A DNA stretch of 64,000 nucleotides, from the NCBI GenBank assembly GCA_021613535.1, contig CP075496.1, positions 10,106,001-10,170,000 on the forward strand, in the 5' to 3' direction. The notes below the pieces were generated by a model. The model ran no database searches, was not told where the DNA came from, and saw only the letters and a list, made by a program, of their open reading frames with translations. Source of the stretch: Adineta vaga. Its lineage: Eukaryota > Animalia > Rotifera. This document shows, one piece after another, positions 1 through 12,302 of the stretch. The first letter of the stretch is position 1, and each line of letters begins with the position of its first letter. A program made the position numbers and the translations under genes.

Positions 1-465
1 GTCTTTGACAAGGATCAATCTGCAATAACTGAGTCTTTACTAATGATGCTATTACTGATGACATAAATTTTGATAATAAATGGATATTGTAAAAACAATG
101 CAAACTGACTATTTATAAACAGAATTATCAAAATCTGAAATATACATATGCGATAGTACTCAGAACTAATACTTCGCCTGTAAATGCTTTAGTAAAAAAA
201 AGAGTGCAAGAACAATGGCTTGGAAAAAACCCAGTTATGAGATCATATATAAACAAATTTAGAGTGAAAAAAACAGAACGAAACAACCAAGACAAGAGAA
301 AATAATTCATATTTCATCTTTTTCATCTCTAAAGCAACGATAAAACGATTTCCATTCGACATTCCTATTAATATAAACTTCATACGATGTAAAGCAACTT
401 ACCTCTAAGATGAAAAATACCAAATGATAGAACGAACGTCAGTATGGATAGACGTCAATACTGTG

Positions 466-535
466 TGAGAAAATTCCAACCGCGATGGAAAATTCCTACC
501 TTGATGGAAAATTTCAGCTGTGATGAAAATATTCG
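466..535. repeat. Short imperfect tandem repeat, 19-bp period (~3.5 copies, core GATGGAAAATTCC)
   Basis: gagaaaattccaaccgcgat / ggaaaattcctaccttgat / ggaaaatttcagctgtgat / gaaaatattc. Confidence 0.7.
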
Positions 536-1399
536 AGTATCAAAAAGAGAACAGAAGAAACAATACTTCTTTTTTGTGTCAATCAAATATATATATATAT
601 TCTATTCAACAAGGTGAATTTTCTAATTGCAGTACACTTGTTTTCTATCGATTCAATAACATTTAATATATAGTAACATAAAGATTTATTAGACAGATAT
701 ATGATCATAAAAAAACCATAAAATGTACGACACAAAGGAAAACAAAACAACTACACATATATTAAAATATGTCTATTTGAAAAATATGACAGTCAAACAC
801 TCTTAAACATTTAGGGATACTATTTTTTTAATAAGCAACGAATATATTGATATCGAAAGAGTTTGAAGTCACCGAGGAAAAAACTCACAACATACTCGTA
901 CTCGCATAGAAAAAGAAAAGAAACTCGAACATTTGAGTAGAAAATGAACAAATCACTGTTGATGATCACTTAGATGAAAGATTTACAAAAAACTTTTTTA
1001 ATATCATTGATCAAAGAAAAAAACGAATCATTAAAATTTTAACAAATGTTTATTGCCACCCACCTCCCAATCCCAGAAGCAATAAATATGACGGATTATA
1101 GTTTTCTTTGATTGATATTGAGCAGGAATCATTCGGATGAAGAGACACAGATAATACTGATTTACTCGCATCTATTCAGAATTTACAGATGGAACATGAA
1201 AGATAATCGAACCTAGTTATACTAGAATAGTCAATAGATCTGAAGATATCTCGCATGTTGACATATTTCAAGTGTTCAGAAATTCTCCTTATTTGATCAA
1301 ATAGTTTTCAAATTGTCAGTATTTAAGAATAAGAAAGTATTCGAGAATAGTATTAGGTTTTACTGATCTAATTTTTGCAGTATTGAAAATCGATGATTA

Positions 1400-3113
1400 C
1401 TACGAACATATCATGCTGGAGATATCATCATCATTTTCATCAACATGCTGTTGATCTTTTGCTAATTCACCGATATCAACTAATAATGGTGTAACTAAAT
1501 AGAAAAAAGATAAGAAATCAATCTTTTTCGTCCTTTTAATAGAAAATTCTTACTTGGTTCAATAGTCGATATGTCAAAATGAACTTTAATCAACATTGTA
1601 TTATTTTGTATAAAACGACTTTGATTTATTCGGAATAAATCGAGAGGATAAAATCTCGGTATTCCATATGCGTCATTCATATCCGATTGTGGACGATTAA
1701 AACATAACAGATTTTTATTTGGCCAACAAGAATGAACAATATGACGTTCTTCGTTAGAAATCATGGATTGATCCATTAATGTGAATGTAACTTTAAATTT
1801 AAATGGCCATTGAAGAGCAAGCAAACTCGCCACGTCTAATCACATAAAATAAAGATATATGTGTATTTCTTCCTGTTGCATCTCCATTCATATACAATCT
1901 AAAGCCAATTTTATAACCTTTGGGATGAATATAGAATTCAGGAGAATAAATCGATTCCGGTTTTCCAGATATAGCATCTCCTATCGAAGAAATAATGAGA
2001 GAAGAACACATTTTGAGAGAAAGTATTGTCTAATACTCACTCATCACATTCTTTATGTTCCAAATTTTCCATATACATGTTCCATTGCGAGACAATTTCA
2101 TTCTGACGGAACGCGGCGTCTAAAACAAAAACAAAAAAATTTTTACACTAAAAAATTCTATTCAACAATATCTTGACTTACTAGTTGATTTTCAATGAAA
2201 CAGGTAGCTAAATCTGGATGAATTTTCACCAAATGATCCTAGAAATATTATAATAACCGTCAGGATTTCTTATACAAAAAGAAAACTCTCCTACTTCATA
2301 ATCTTTCAATGAACTATGCAAACCACAACTGATACAATTTGTAGACAGCTTTTGTATTTTTTCCTGCATACTATCATCGCGTAATACCTTGAAAAAGTAA
2401 ATGTAATAAAATAAAGATTTCATTTGTCAACACTTACCGGACCAGGCAAAATTGGTTGAAAACAAATTTCACAGCTAAATAGAAGTCAGAAATAAGTATG
2501 GATTAGTTTTATATGAAAAGATCTACCTTTTTTGAATACTTAAACATCCACCACATAAATTATGATTACATTGTAATCGATAAACTTCTGTATAAACTGA
2601 TTCACATGATGGACAGATGTAATCTGATGGAAATTCATTGGGAATGTTCGCAGGTAAACCGAATAAAGAATAAGCAGGTAATTGTTTGACAATAGAGAGT
2701 TTATCAGCATGTAGACGACTTCGATTTGCAAAACGAATATCATTTTTTGTATCCTCATCGATCATGCGTGTTCTACAAAGTAGTGCATCCAGTGTACTGA
2801 ATTCGAACTTGTGACAAATATTTGGAAAACGACATTTCATCGACTTTACGTGATCATCGTTGTCACAAATAATAAATATAATTTTAACTTGTATGAAATA
2901 ATAAACAGGATCACTGCGAATTTTTTCAAAGTAAAGCGCTGGCATTACCAGAAAAAACATATTCGTTTTAAAAATTCTTCTTGATAGATGTTTGGCCATT
3001 TCAGGTATATCATCGAAAACCTTCGTAAATAGACATCCAATTCTGCACGAAACATCCTGTGGCCAAACTAACAGACGGTTCACTGTTCGTTTTTTGCCGG
3101 TAACGGAAGGCAT
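1400..3113 (-). CDS. TRAF-family protein (N-terminal alpha/beta extension, RING, one short zinc finger, MATH/TRAF-C domain); frameshift at ~1816-1822
   Basis: Multi-exon. RING CPSC..CNHNLCGGC..(spliced) CEIC; CISC..H..H finger. MATH motifs: CIWKI, SIYSPEFY..GYKIGFRLYMNGD...HISLFYVIRRGE, LQWPFKFKVTFTLMDQ, F.RP.S.MN.AYGIPRF, FIQNNTMLIKV. Last exon 1494-1400 inferred from GT-AG sites. Confidence 0.88.
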
Positions 3114-5339
3114 ATTCGTATTTTTTATAGTATATGTATACTAAAAAAAAGAAAGAAGAAAATGTTCAAAAGTAAGACAGTGATGAAATAAAAAATGTAG
3201 ATGCATTAACTCCTAACGAATACAAATGAGAACAAAACGAAAGAAAAAAAGAGTCATATTATAACTAATCAAAGCGACCTATGCAAATATGAGAAGGAGA
3301 GTAACAACAAAAATGACACGGAGATCAAAGAAAATGCAATATGGAGAACGAATACGAAGCGATTCGTCATGGTTAAGAAAACAAATCTTTAAAATTTCTT
3401 TTCTCGATAGAGTGACTCTCATAAAAATAAATATGATGTGTATGTTTGTACACCTTTTTTTAGTAAATATACTATAAGCTACCTGCAGAGAAAAATATAT
3501 TTAAGACAACTTTCTTTTTCTATCGGCATATCATAAATAAAATCGAATACATGATATGACAGGTTAATATCATAACTACTGAATACACGATTGTCTATTT
3601 ATCGAATGAGTGACATCTTTCGTTCGATACTTATTTTTTACTACAATAATAAAGATACACTACGAATTGTGTTCGCCTACCTAAAAAGAAAAGGCACGTA
3701 GGGCTTGCCAATAATTTTAAACTGAAGAAAAGCTTCTCAAATTGTTAGTTCATATTTGTTTAATTATCGATTGTTATATTATATTATATTGAAAAGCTTC
3801 TTCAACTAATCAACTAATGTATTGTTTATAGTATGAGTCACGTACTGATAAAATATTTTCATTCAATCAAATTCATTCTTTCTCGACTAGATAAATATCA
3901 TTCAGTATCGAGTTCGAAACAATGATTGTAAATCATTTTGAACCATTTTTATTAGACATCAAATAACTTTTATTATCTATGTCATTTAGTCTGTCGATAC
4001 GATAAACATTCATTTTACCTAGTAGTTGACAAAGAATGACGTAGAAAGTATGTTTAAAAATAGCCTCTTCTTCAATCCAGCAATGATAAGATTTAAAACT
4101 ATAATCTACATTACAGACGCAAAGAAAAAACCTTTCTAAATAGAAACGTGATATAATTGTACCTGTCTAAAGTACAAAATTTTCTTAAAAGCAATCGAGT
4201 CGAGTATATAGTTAGAAATAAAACAATAACTTTCTATTCGAGGTAAAAAAATAGTCTTACTCCTTTCTTTTTGTTACTCATCTCAAACTGAGTAGAACAT
4301 GAAGTTATTTCATTTAAAAAAAGCATGATGATGCAATACAAACGTAACAAAAAATGGACGACACGAGAACGAACACGCTTGTTTGAGTACTTGAAATGGT
4401 TGATTTCTAGTTAATGATTACCAATCGTATGCAACTATATAAATCTATTCTTATAAAAGATCAAAATTAGTACAATTTTGATTTATTTTCAAGTATTTAC
4501 GTATTAAACAAATAAATTTGTTTGTTACTACTACAAAACATATTTCATTTTTATGTATCTGTACACTATAGTTGGTTGTCAGGAAAAACGATTCTTTAAC
4601 CAATTATATATATTGACTGTAGATGCCGTTTTCAATCATTTTTTTTCGTTTGATTCATTACAAGGATGAGAAAGACATATATCTGATGATGAAATTGAAG
4701 AATAATCTAATATTCTACAACACGTCATTTCAATTCTCATGATTTGATGTAAACGTGTAGTTTTAAATTCTATTAAAATAAAATATACAGATATCTTGCA
4801 AGTTTTAACTAAAAAAATCGATTTTTATAGGGGGAAAAGAACAAACATTAGTCGTCAAAAACAAATGAATTGTATTAATTAGAAAAATTTGGTCTTTTAA
4901 ATTCGCTTTTTTAGAATGAACCGAAATTTTTAATCTATTATACAGTTGTTGATACAGGTTGTGCGGATAAATATTGTGTCCATTTCACCATATACATGTC
5001 ATCGTTTGAAAATAGTATTCAATCAATAATTATGAGAAATCTTTACAAAACAATTCAATTTCAAAGATATTTTCATCAGTTTTCCTAGTTTTAAGAACTA
5101 ATACGACCGAAAATTTAATTCGTACAAAACATCTCAAATGATGTTACTGTATGGAAATAATATGTTCTTAATTTGATCAGGTTAAAAGTCCTCTCAACAG
5201 AGTTTTTTGTTTTCTTCGCCAAAGAGAACATCATTTTTCTGATAAAAAAGTAATTTGATCAGTTGTTTCAAATGAATCAGGATGCGTTATGATTGAAACA
5301 AAACAGTACACACGTACTTTTTGTGATTAATCATCGATC

Positions 5340-5347
5340 TATATAAA
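5340..5347 (+). promoter_or_regulatory. Possible TATA box of the Ly6-like gene
   Basis: TATATAAA about 40 nt upstream of ATG 5387; AT-rich background lowers specificity. Confidence 0.3.
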
Positions 5348-5386
5348 ATCAAACACATTCAAACAAACATATTTGAGGGATTTTTC

Positions 5387-5875
5387 ATGAATAGAATAGT
5401 CTTGATTAGTTTGTTTATATTCTTTGTTTGTTCCATTGGTATGTGAGAACTATTTCTACAAGATTTTATTTACTCTCTTATTTAAGGTACCCTCAATGGA
5501 ATTCAATGTTATAGCTGTCATCAAACTTGTCTAGACCCATTCAATAAAACAAACAGATATGTTTATCGAGCAAATTCACCTAGTGGATGGTGTATGGTAT
5601 GTATCTGTTTTGAAGAGATATTACAGCAATAGGTGTTTTTTTTGTAGAAAATGAAAACATCGAGAGACCATTATATGATAATTATTCGGGCTCCAGCACT
5701 AGCTGGTCTTTGTACAAGAAACAGTTGTAAATCAACATATCACAATGGCGCAAAAATAATTGGTTGTTGTTGTAATACAAATTTATGTAATCATTCAAAA
5801 ATAATAACTCTCTCATTCAAGACTTTTATTGTACTATTGATTATCATTGGAATGAAGTTCATTCTTAACTCATGA
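5387..5875 (+). CDS. Ly6/uPAR (three-finger, quiver/sleepless-like) GPI-anchored small protein, 3 exons
   Basis: Signal peptide MNRIVLISLFIFFVCSIG; intron 5439-5486; IQCYSC...CLDPF...WCMK; second intron; CCCNTNLCN followed by hydrophobic GPI-type tail. Confidence 0.85.
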
Positions 5876-6320
5876 CTTTCTTTGCATCGTTTTTTTTTTT
5901 GTTGATAAAGTTATATCTGCTTTATTTGTCCTTTCTTCTCTTGTCGGTACATGAAATAAAACTTCAGATATGATATGTTATCTTCTATTATTTACAGAAG
6001 AAACATGTTCACGTTAATTTTATTCATATTTTTGACTACTGAACTGTCCATTACAGATAGCCATGCATGTGCCTGTCGTTTTCCTAATATACCGGATGTG
6101 TGTGAAACACTTGCTATTGATCTTCCATTGTGCAGTAAATAAACTACACAAGTAAATAAAACAGTACTGAAACAATCTTATCTTTATCGATAGTCAGAAG
6201 AGAAACGAAAAAAGAAATCTTTCCACGTGATTCTTTATTAGCTTTGTTTTTATAAAACAATACAATCACAATATTTTATTCTGTACTTCGTAACATATAT
6301 TAGCAGACAAGAAAAATAAA

Positions 6321-7296
6321 ATGGCTGAAAAATCTTCAATAACTATTGCAATATTAAGTCCAGGTGATATGGTAAAGAGTATCTCATCAATAGTTTTTGA
6401 ATGAAAAGAAAGAAAATCATTTTTTGTAGGGTCATTCTATTGGCCGAGCATTACTTGACTCGAATGACAAAAACTTTCGTGTCATTACAAATTTAACAGG
6501 ACGTAGTGAACGTACACAAAAACTATCAAATTCAGCTGGTATTATTGATGTTAAAACAGATGAAGAAATTGTTAAACAAGCTGATTTTATATTCTCAATT
6601 CTTGTTCCATCTGAAGCAACAGCTCTTGCACAACGTTTTGCTCCTTTACTTTCCACTAATCGTCATATCATCTATGTCGATATGAATGCAATTGCACCAC
6701 AAACAGTTCGAACAATATCTTCTTTATTTTCACAAGAGAATTTCGTTGATGGCTGCATTACTGGTTTCCCTCCTGGTTCTCCTGAACATCCGCCAACGAA
6801 TTATTTCTCTGGTATAAATGCACAGAAAGTAGCTGATCTATTTCAATATACAGATCTGATCAAAACGCGCGTCATTGGAAATAAAATTGGTTCGGCAAGT
6901 GCATTTAAAATGTGTTATGCATCGTTAAGTAAAGGAATTACAGCCATTGGTATTCAAGCTTGTGTTACAGCAAAATCTTATGAATTAGAAGACATTTTCT
7001 TTGATGAATTAAAAGATAGTATGCCAGATATATTCAAGAAATTAAATAGATCCATTCCAGAAATGCCGCCAAAAGCAGGTCGATGGGTTGGTGAAATGGA
7101 AGAAATCGCTAAAACATATGAAGATATTGGTTTGTCAGGAAAATTGTTTGAAGGAGCAGCTGAAACCTATCGTTTTGTTGCCGAACAAACACCATTGGGA
7201 AAAGAAATTATTGAAGAAAGAAAGAGAGGAAAAAATTTAAATGATGCTTTACAAATTTTAAGTGAATCACTTCGTAAAAAACATTCAAATCCTTGA
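6321..7296 (+). CDS. NAD(P)-dependent oxidoreductase, 6PGD/3-hydroxyisobutyrate dehydrogenase-like with DUF1932 C-terminus (microbial type)
   Basis: IAILSPGDM|GHSIG Rossmann motif split by intron 6372-6429; GRSERT, YVDMNAIAP, FVDGCI.G.PP, IGSASAFKMCYASLSKG, PPKAGRWVGEMEEIA. Confidence 0.88.
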
Positions 7297-7566
7297 TAAT
7301 TGATAAATATCTAAATGTCAAAGATTTTCATCAAATAAATTCTAACAAAATAAAAAAAGATATCTATTGAAATGTCATATTTTTATTTTATTTTCAAGTT
7401 CATAATGATCAATTCTTGTGTACATAGAAAGAGAATAAATAACTACAAGGAAATTAAATTATACTGAAGAAAAAGAAATAAGAATATCGAAACTGAAAAA
7501 CATTTAATCATGTGGCAAAAAAGAAAGAAAGAAAGTTTACGATTGATTGCATATATATATATGTAT

Positions 7567-9631
7567 TTAATTTGAAAAATGACTGTCAATATGGTCTCTC
7601 TTAGCATCAAGTAACATATTAGCTGGAAACTTCCAATAACACATTGGACATACACCTAGTTCTCCATCAACATCAGACATCGATGCAGATGATGATGTAG
7701 TTTCATTTTCTCGTTGATTTGCATCACTATTTGTTAAAATTGGAACGATTTCTTCTTTCTTTGGAATTGGTTCGCTTGTTGTTATTGACGATGTATTGAT
7801 AATTTCTTGGGAAACATTATTCATACCTAATTTTTGTTCAAGTACCGAATGTTTACGAAATAATGCTTTATATTCTTCAGCACCGGTTGCTAAACGTTCA
7901 ATTAATTCTTGTTTTTCATGTTGTAATTCATCCTAGAAGAAAGATTAATATTCATATATCTTTTGAAGAGAAAATCAATTTTGGCAACTTACAATAAACA
8001 GTTTGTAGGCAGCTAATTGTTTTTTGACTTCGATTTCACTTTTTTGATGTTTAACACAGCGTTTTTTGATTTCATTAAATGAAGTGTTCAATGTATTAAG
8101 AACTTCTTGATTTGATTTGATTTCTTCCATTTCATTCTGGAGATCTTCTCGTTCATGTTTAATCTAAATAAACATGAACTGATTTATAACAAAAAAAAGA
8201 GAATACTATTTTCATTCTTACTGCTTCATTTTCAGTTTCCAATGCATGAATATGCTCTGCTTGTTGTTTAATTTGTTGAGAATATTCATTTAATTGTCCC
8301 TCCATGGACAGATGATGTTTTTCTGATGTTAAACGTAAATCGCGTATTTGTTGTTCTAGTGTTGCTTCACGTTGATTTGATGTTTTAGCTAATTCATTTG
8401 ATTGTATCAATTGTCCCTCCATGGATAGGTGGTGTTTTTCTGATGTTAAACGTAAATCGCGTATTTGTTGTTCTAGTGTTGTTTGACGTTGATTTGATGT
8501 TTTCGCTAATTCATTTGATTGTATTAATTGTCGTTCTAAATTAATTATTTGTGTTGCTTGATCTTTTGCAAATTGTGATGTCACAGCCAATTGTGAACGA
8601 AGTTGATTTGCATCATTAGACATTTGTGTATAAGTCTCTTCAAGTGTTCGGCAACGTTCGGCATTTTCAAGAGAATCACCTTGATATTTCGTACATAATT
8701 TTTGGCAAGCATCAAGTTCAGCACGTAGATTTAATTCGAATTTTTGACGAGATAATAATTCATCAATAGCTCTTTGGTGTGATGTACTCAATGTCTAAAA
8801 ATAGATTATTTACATAGATAAAAAAAATTAAATTTATCATTTCGATGAATCATAGGTGTAAAAGATATGAAAACATTTTACGTACTTGCATATTATGAGT
8901 AATTTTCTCGATGTTTTCTTTTGCTCTGATTTCTAATAAATCCAATTTTGTTTGGCATTCATCTCGTTGTGCTTCTAAACGACGATTCATATCTAATAAA
9001 TAGCGATTTTCTTGACGAAGTTTTTCTTCAGTTAACATTCGTTTGGTATGAATAACAACAAGATCATCATTATCTTGATCAGCTAAAGCAATAAGACCAT
9101 CGTATTTTGATTTACTAATCGGAGCATTGGTAAGAAGATCAATATCATCTAATGCACAATTTAATTGAAATGGTATTGATGAACCAAGATTTTTTGTTTG
9201 ATTGATAATATAACAAAATTGATAGAATTCATCATCAGTAACAGGTAATGATGATGAAGAAAATGTTGCTGTACCATGACAAGTTGATCCTGATGTTGTT
9301 GAAGGATTTAATTGAACGGGAGCATACGCTAAACATTCTTTAATATTTCGTGAGCCGACCTATTCAGAATAAGAATGAAGAAGATAAAAAGAATACATAA
9401 ATCAATGATGAAATTACATACACGCAATAAGCCAATTTGATCTTCATTTGGATTCACTTTGATATCTTGTAAGATAGTAAAGAATGCTGTTACATCTTCA
9501 CCTTTTACGTATTGATCGGCAACATTTTCAAAAACTACTTGAACATGATGTGCTACTTGTTCCATTGGATGATCAACTGGCCAGTTTAATTCCGAACTTG
9601 TATCCGACGATTGGTCGTTGATTTCCGACAT
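7567..9631 (-). CDS. TAX1BP1/NDP52 (CALCOCO)-like selective autophagy receptor: SKICH, CLIR, coiled coil, C-terminal UBZ zinc finger; 5 exons
   Basis: SKICH VVFENVAD.Y ... DQIGL ... EFYQFCY...GSSIPFQ; DDLVVI (CLIR-like LVV, 9051-9062); long coiled coil with RLATGAEEYK; CPMC...HIDSHF. Confidence 0.88.
8297..8530 (-). repeat. In-frame 117-bp (39-aa) tandem duplication within the coiled coil
   Basis: QLIQSNELAKTSNQR(QT/EA)TLEQQIRDLRLTSEKHHLSMEG twice: 8414-8530 and 8297-8413. Confidence 0.95.
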
Positions 9632-10152
9632 TGAAATACGACGTATAAATATGAATAAAAACCAAATCTAAAACGAAAAGTACATCTATATACACGTAAA
9701 AACTGTACTCTGTACTGAGAGAAAACACGCTGCGACGTATGACTTTTTGTGTGGGATATTATATCATACTCAAAGCTTGAATAATAATTTTCATCATATA
9801 TAAATATAAAGGTGTGAATTTCTAGAAACGAAATGAATCGACGAACAGTATAGGTCATCGTTTAAATAGGATGACGTTTCTTGTGTCGTGTAATGTAATT
9901 TCCAACAGAAGAGAAAAGAAAGAGATGTGATTTATTCATACTCCAGTTAGAAGTTTCACGAAGGATACGATGAGCGACCTCTTTTCATAGTAAATGATGT
10001 TGATAATTTAACATTGTAGAGGTTTATGTCAATGAGAAAGAAAATGAAAGATTATTTGTAGTTTTTCTCTTTCATCTCTTCTCTTTTTACAAATCAAATA
10101 CACATCATCAATTCAACTAACATATCGAACTGATATAAATCAAAATATTATC

Positions 10153-11364
10153 ATGGTATGAATCGAATAACTTTTTCATAGATTAAATAAATCATTTTGT
10201 TTTTAGGGGAATATGACATCAATACCTGTTGAGCTTTGTGCTACATGTAAAATAAACTTTTTTATGCTTGATTTTTAATGATAAGATTATTTGTTTGTTT
10301 AGTTGATGCCGATGAAATACGTCGGTTAGGTAAACGTTTTAAAAAATTAGATATCGATGGTAGTGGATCATTAAGTATACAAGAATTTATGTCTATTCCT
10401 GAATTACAACAGAATCCACTTGTACAACGTGTTATTGATATATTCGATACGGATGGAAATGGTGAAATTGATTTCAAAGGTATTTCTTAAAGTTAAAAAG
10501 TAAAATGATTAATTTGTGATTATGTTTTAGAATTTATTGGTGGTATATCACAATTTAGTGTTAAAGGAGATAAAGAATCTAAATTACGATGTATGATTAT
10601 GATTGTTAATGAATATGACAAATCTATTTTTATCCTTTGTATCTAGTTGCATTCAAAATTTATGATATGGACAAAGATGGATTTATTTCAAATGGTAAGA
10701 AAAATCCGATTATCTACTTTTTCCTTCCCGCAAGACATAGAATTAGTTTTGATATATACTTGACAGTTACATTCATAAAAGATTATGGTTTTATTTTTAG
10801 GAGAATTATTTCAAGTACTAAAAATGATGGTTGGATCGAATTTGAAAGATTCTCAATTACAACAAATTGTTGATAAAGTAATTGTAGGAAATTGAATTGT
10901 TAAAAGAAATTAAATTTGTTTTAAATAGACAATCATCAATGCGGATAAAGATGGTGATGGAAAAATAAGTTTTGATGAATTCTGTGCTGTAAGTTCATAT
11001 TTAAATACTTTTTCTTTCGAATTTCGTTGTTCATCTTCTTCTTCATCAATCGATTCATTTTCGTTTGCCCTATATAATTTTCTATTCTCCTCCACATATC
11101 CTTCTTCTAGTTTATCCCTACTTATGAGCTCAACATAAGTCTGCCGAGTAACATCAAAATCTAATTCATCAAAGGTAATATTTCTGTTGTTTGTCATAAC
11201 TAGTTTTTAGTATTCTAGTTCATATTGTTGTCGTTTATGTAAATTTGTTTCATTGGAATTTTTGTTTTGTGTTTTACTTCTGATATTTTATTCGCTCTAT
11301 TTTTTAGTGTGTTGGAGATTCATTAATCGACGATATACAAAAGAAAATGACAGTAGCTGTATGA
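10153..11364 (+). CDS. PPP3R1: Calcineurin B regulatory subunit (4 EF hands, N-myristoylation MGN)
   Basis: ATG-only first exon; [17 protein letters not shown]...[29 protein letters not shown]...[70 protein letters not shown]; last exon ends KKMTVAV*. Confidence 0.96.
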
Positions 11365-11594
11365 AAATCTTACCAAAAACAATATTCTTTTCTTTTCTTT
11401 TTCGATCATACCCGAACAGCATACCATGCTCAGTGCACGCTCACATATACATTGTTTGTTTGTTTGTTTGTTTTTTAAATTCCTAATATATACCACGCAT
11501 ATACTTTGTACTGATATACTCTTCAATGAATTTTCTTCTCTCACAACTATGGTCGTTAAATCTCGTCGTGTTCTATTTTATTTTGCTGTGTTTT

Positions 11595-11616
11595 GTGTGT
11601 GTGTGTGTGTGTGTGT
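11595..11616. repeat. (GT)11 microsatellite downstream of calcineurin B
   Basis: gtgtgtgtgtgtgtgtgtgtgt. Confidence 0.95.
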
Positions 11617-12302
11617 AGGATATATAAACAGTGAGAGTTCTTCGTAATATTACTTTATTCTTCTATTTTATTGTATATTGTCATGTGGCTTAGTTTTTGA
11701 CTATCGTGAAATGATTGTTTTTTTCTTCTCCTTTTCTGATCAATATTTGTCGTCTTGTATACGTGACAGAATAAGATTGAGAATAGACATCTTTTTTATT
11801 GTTGTACTAACAATGAAAAGTAAGCTAATATTGCAATAAAACTAATGAACAACGTTGTAATGAATATCAATCAAAAAGAAAATATGACATTTTATTTATA
11901 TGAAAAGTTTTGATGACCTAAGAAAAAGTTTAAGATGTTTTCTCCTATTATAATAGTATATAGACATGTTATCCAATTAATTGTATGGAAATAGTTACAA
12001 TAACAATGTTGATGCGTCGTATTTAGATTAGATTACATTCGTGTGAAAGAAGGCTAGAATATAATTCATACATTAATGTAATGCGCGTGTCTGCTATGGA
12101 AATCTATGATGATGAACATTTTTATACTGTCTTTCGTCTACTTGCCTGTTCAAAAATAGTAGCTAATTATTACTTATTAGTTTATTACAAATTGTTAAAA
12201 ATTTTGATTTTATTAGTTATTCACCAGGTAATTTATACTTTTCTTTCATAATTTCTATCTAAAATTCATGGTATTAGTTTATATGTATGTAACCGATTAT
12301 CG

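Noticed and set aside
1-310. Possible degraded transposase (piggyBac-like) fragment on the + strand
   Set aside because: Only vague similarity across broken frames; no diagnostic motif or TIR seen
10910-11197. 95-aa acidic minus-strand ORF
   Set aside because: Antisense to a calcineurin B exon and its pyrimidine-rich intron; compositional artefact
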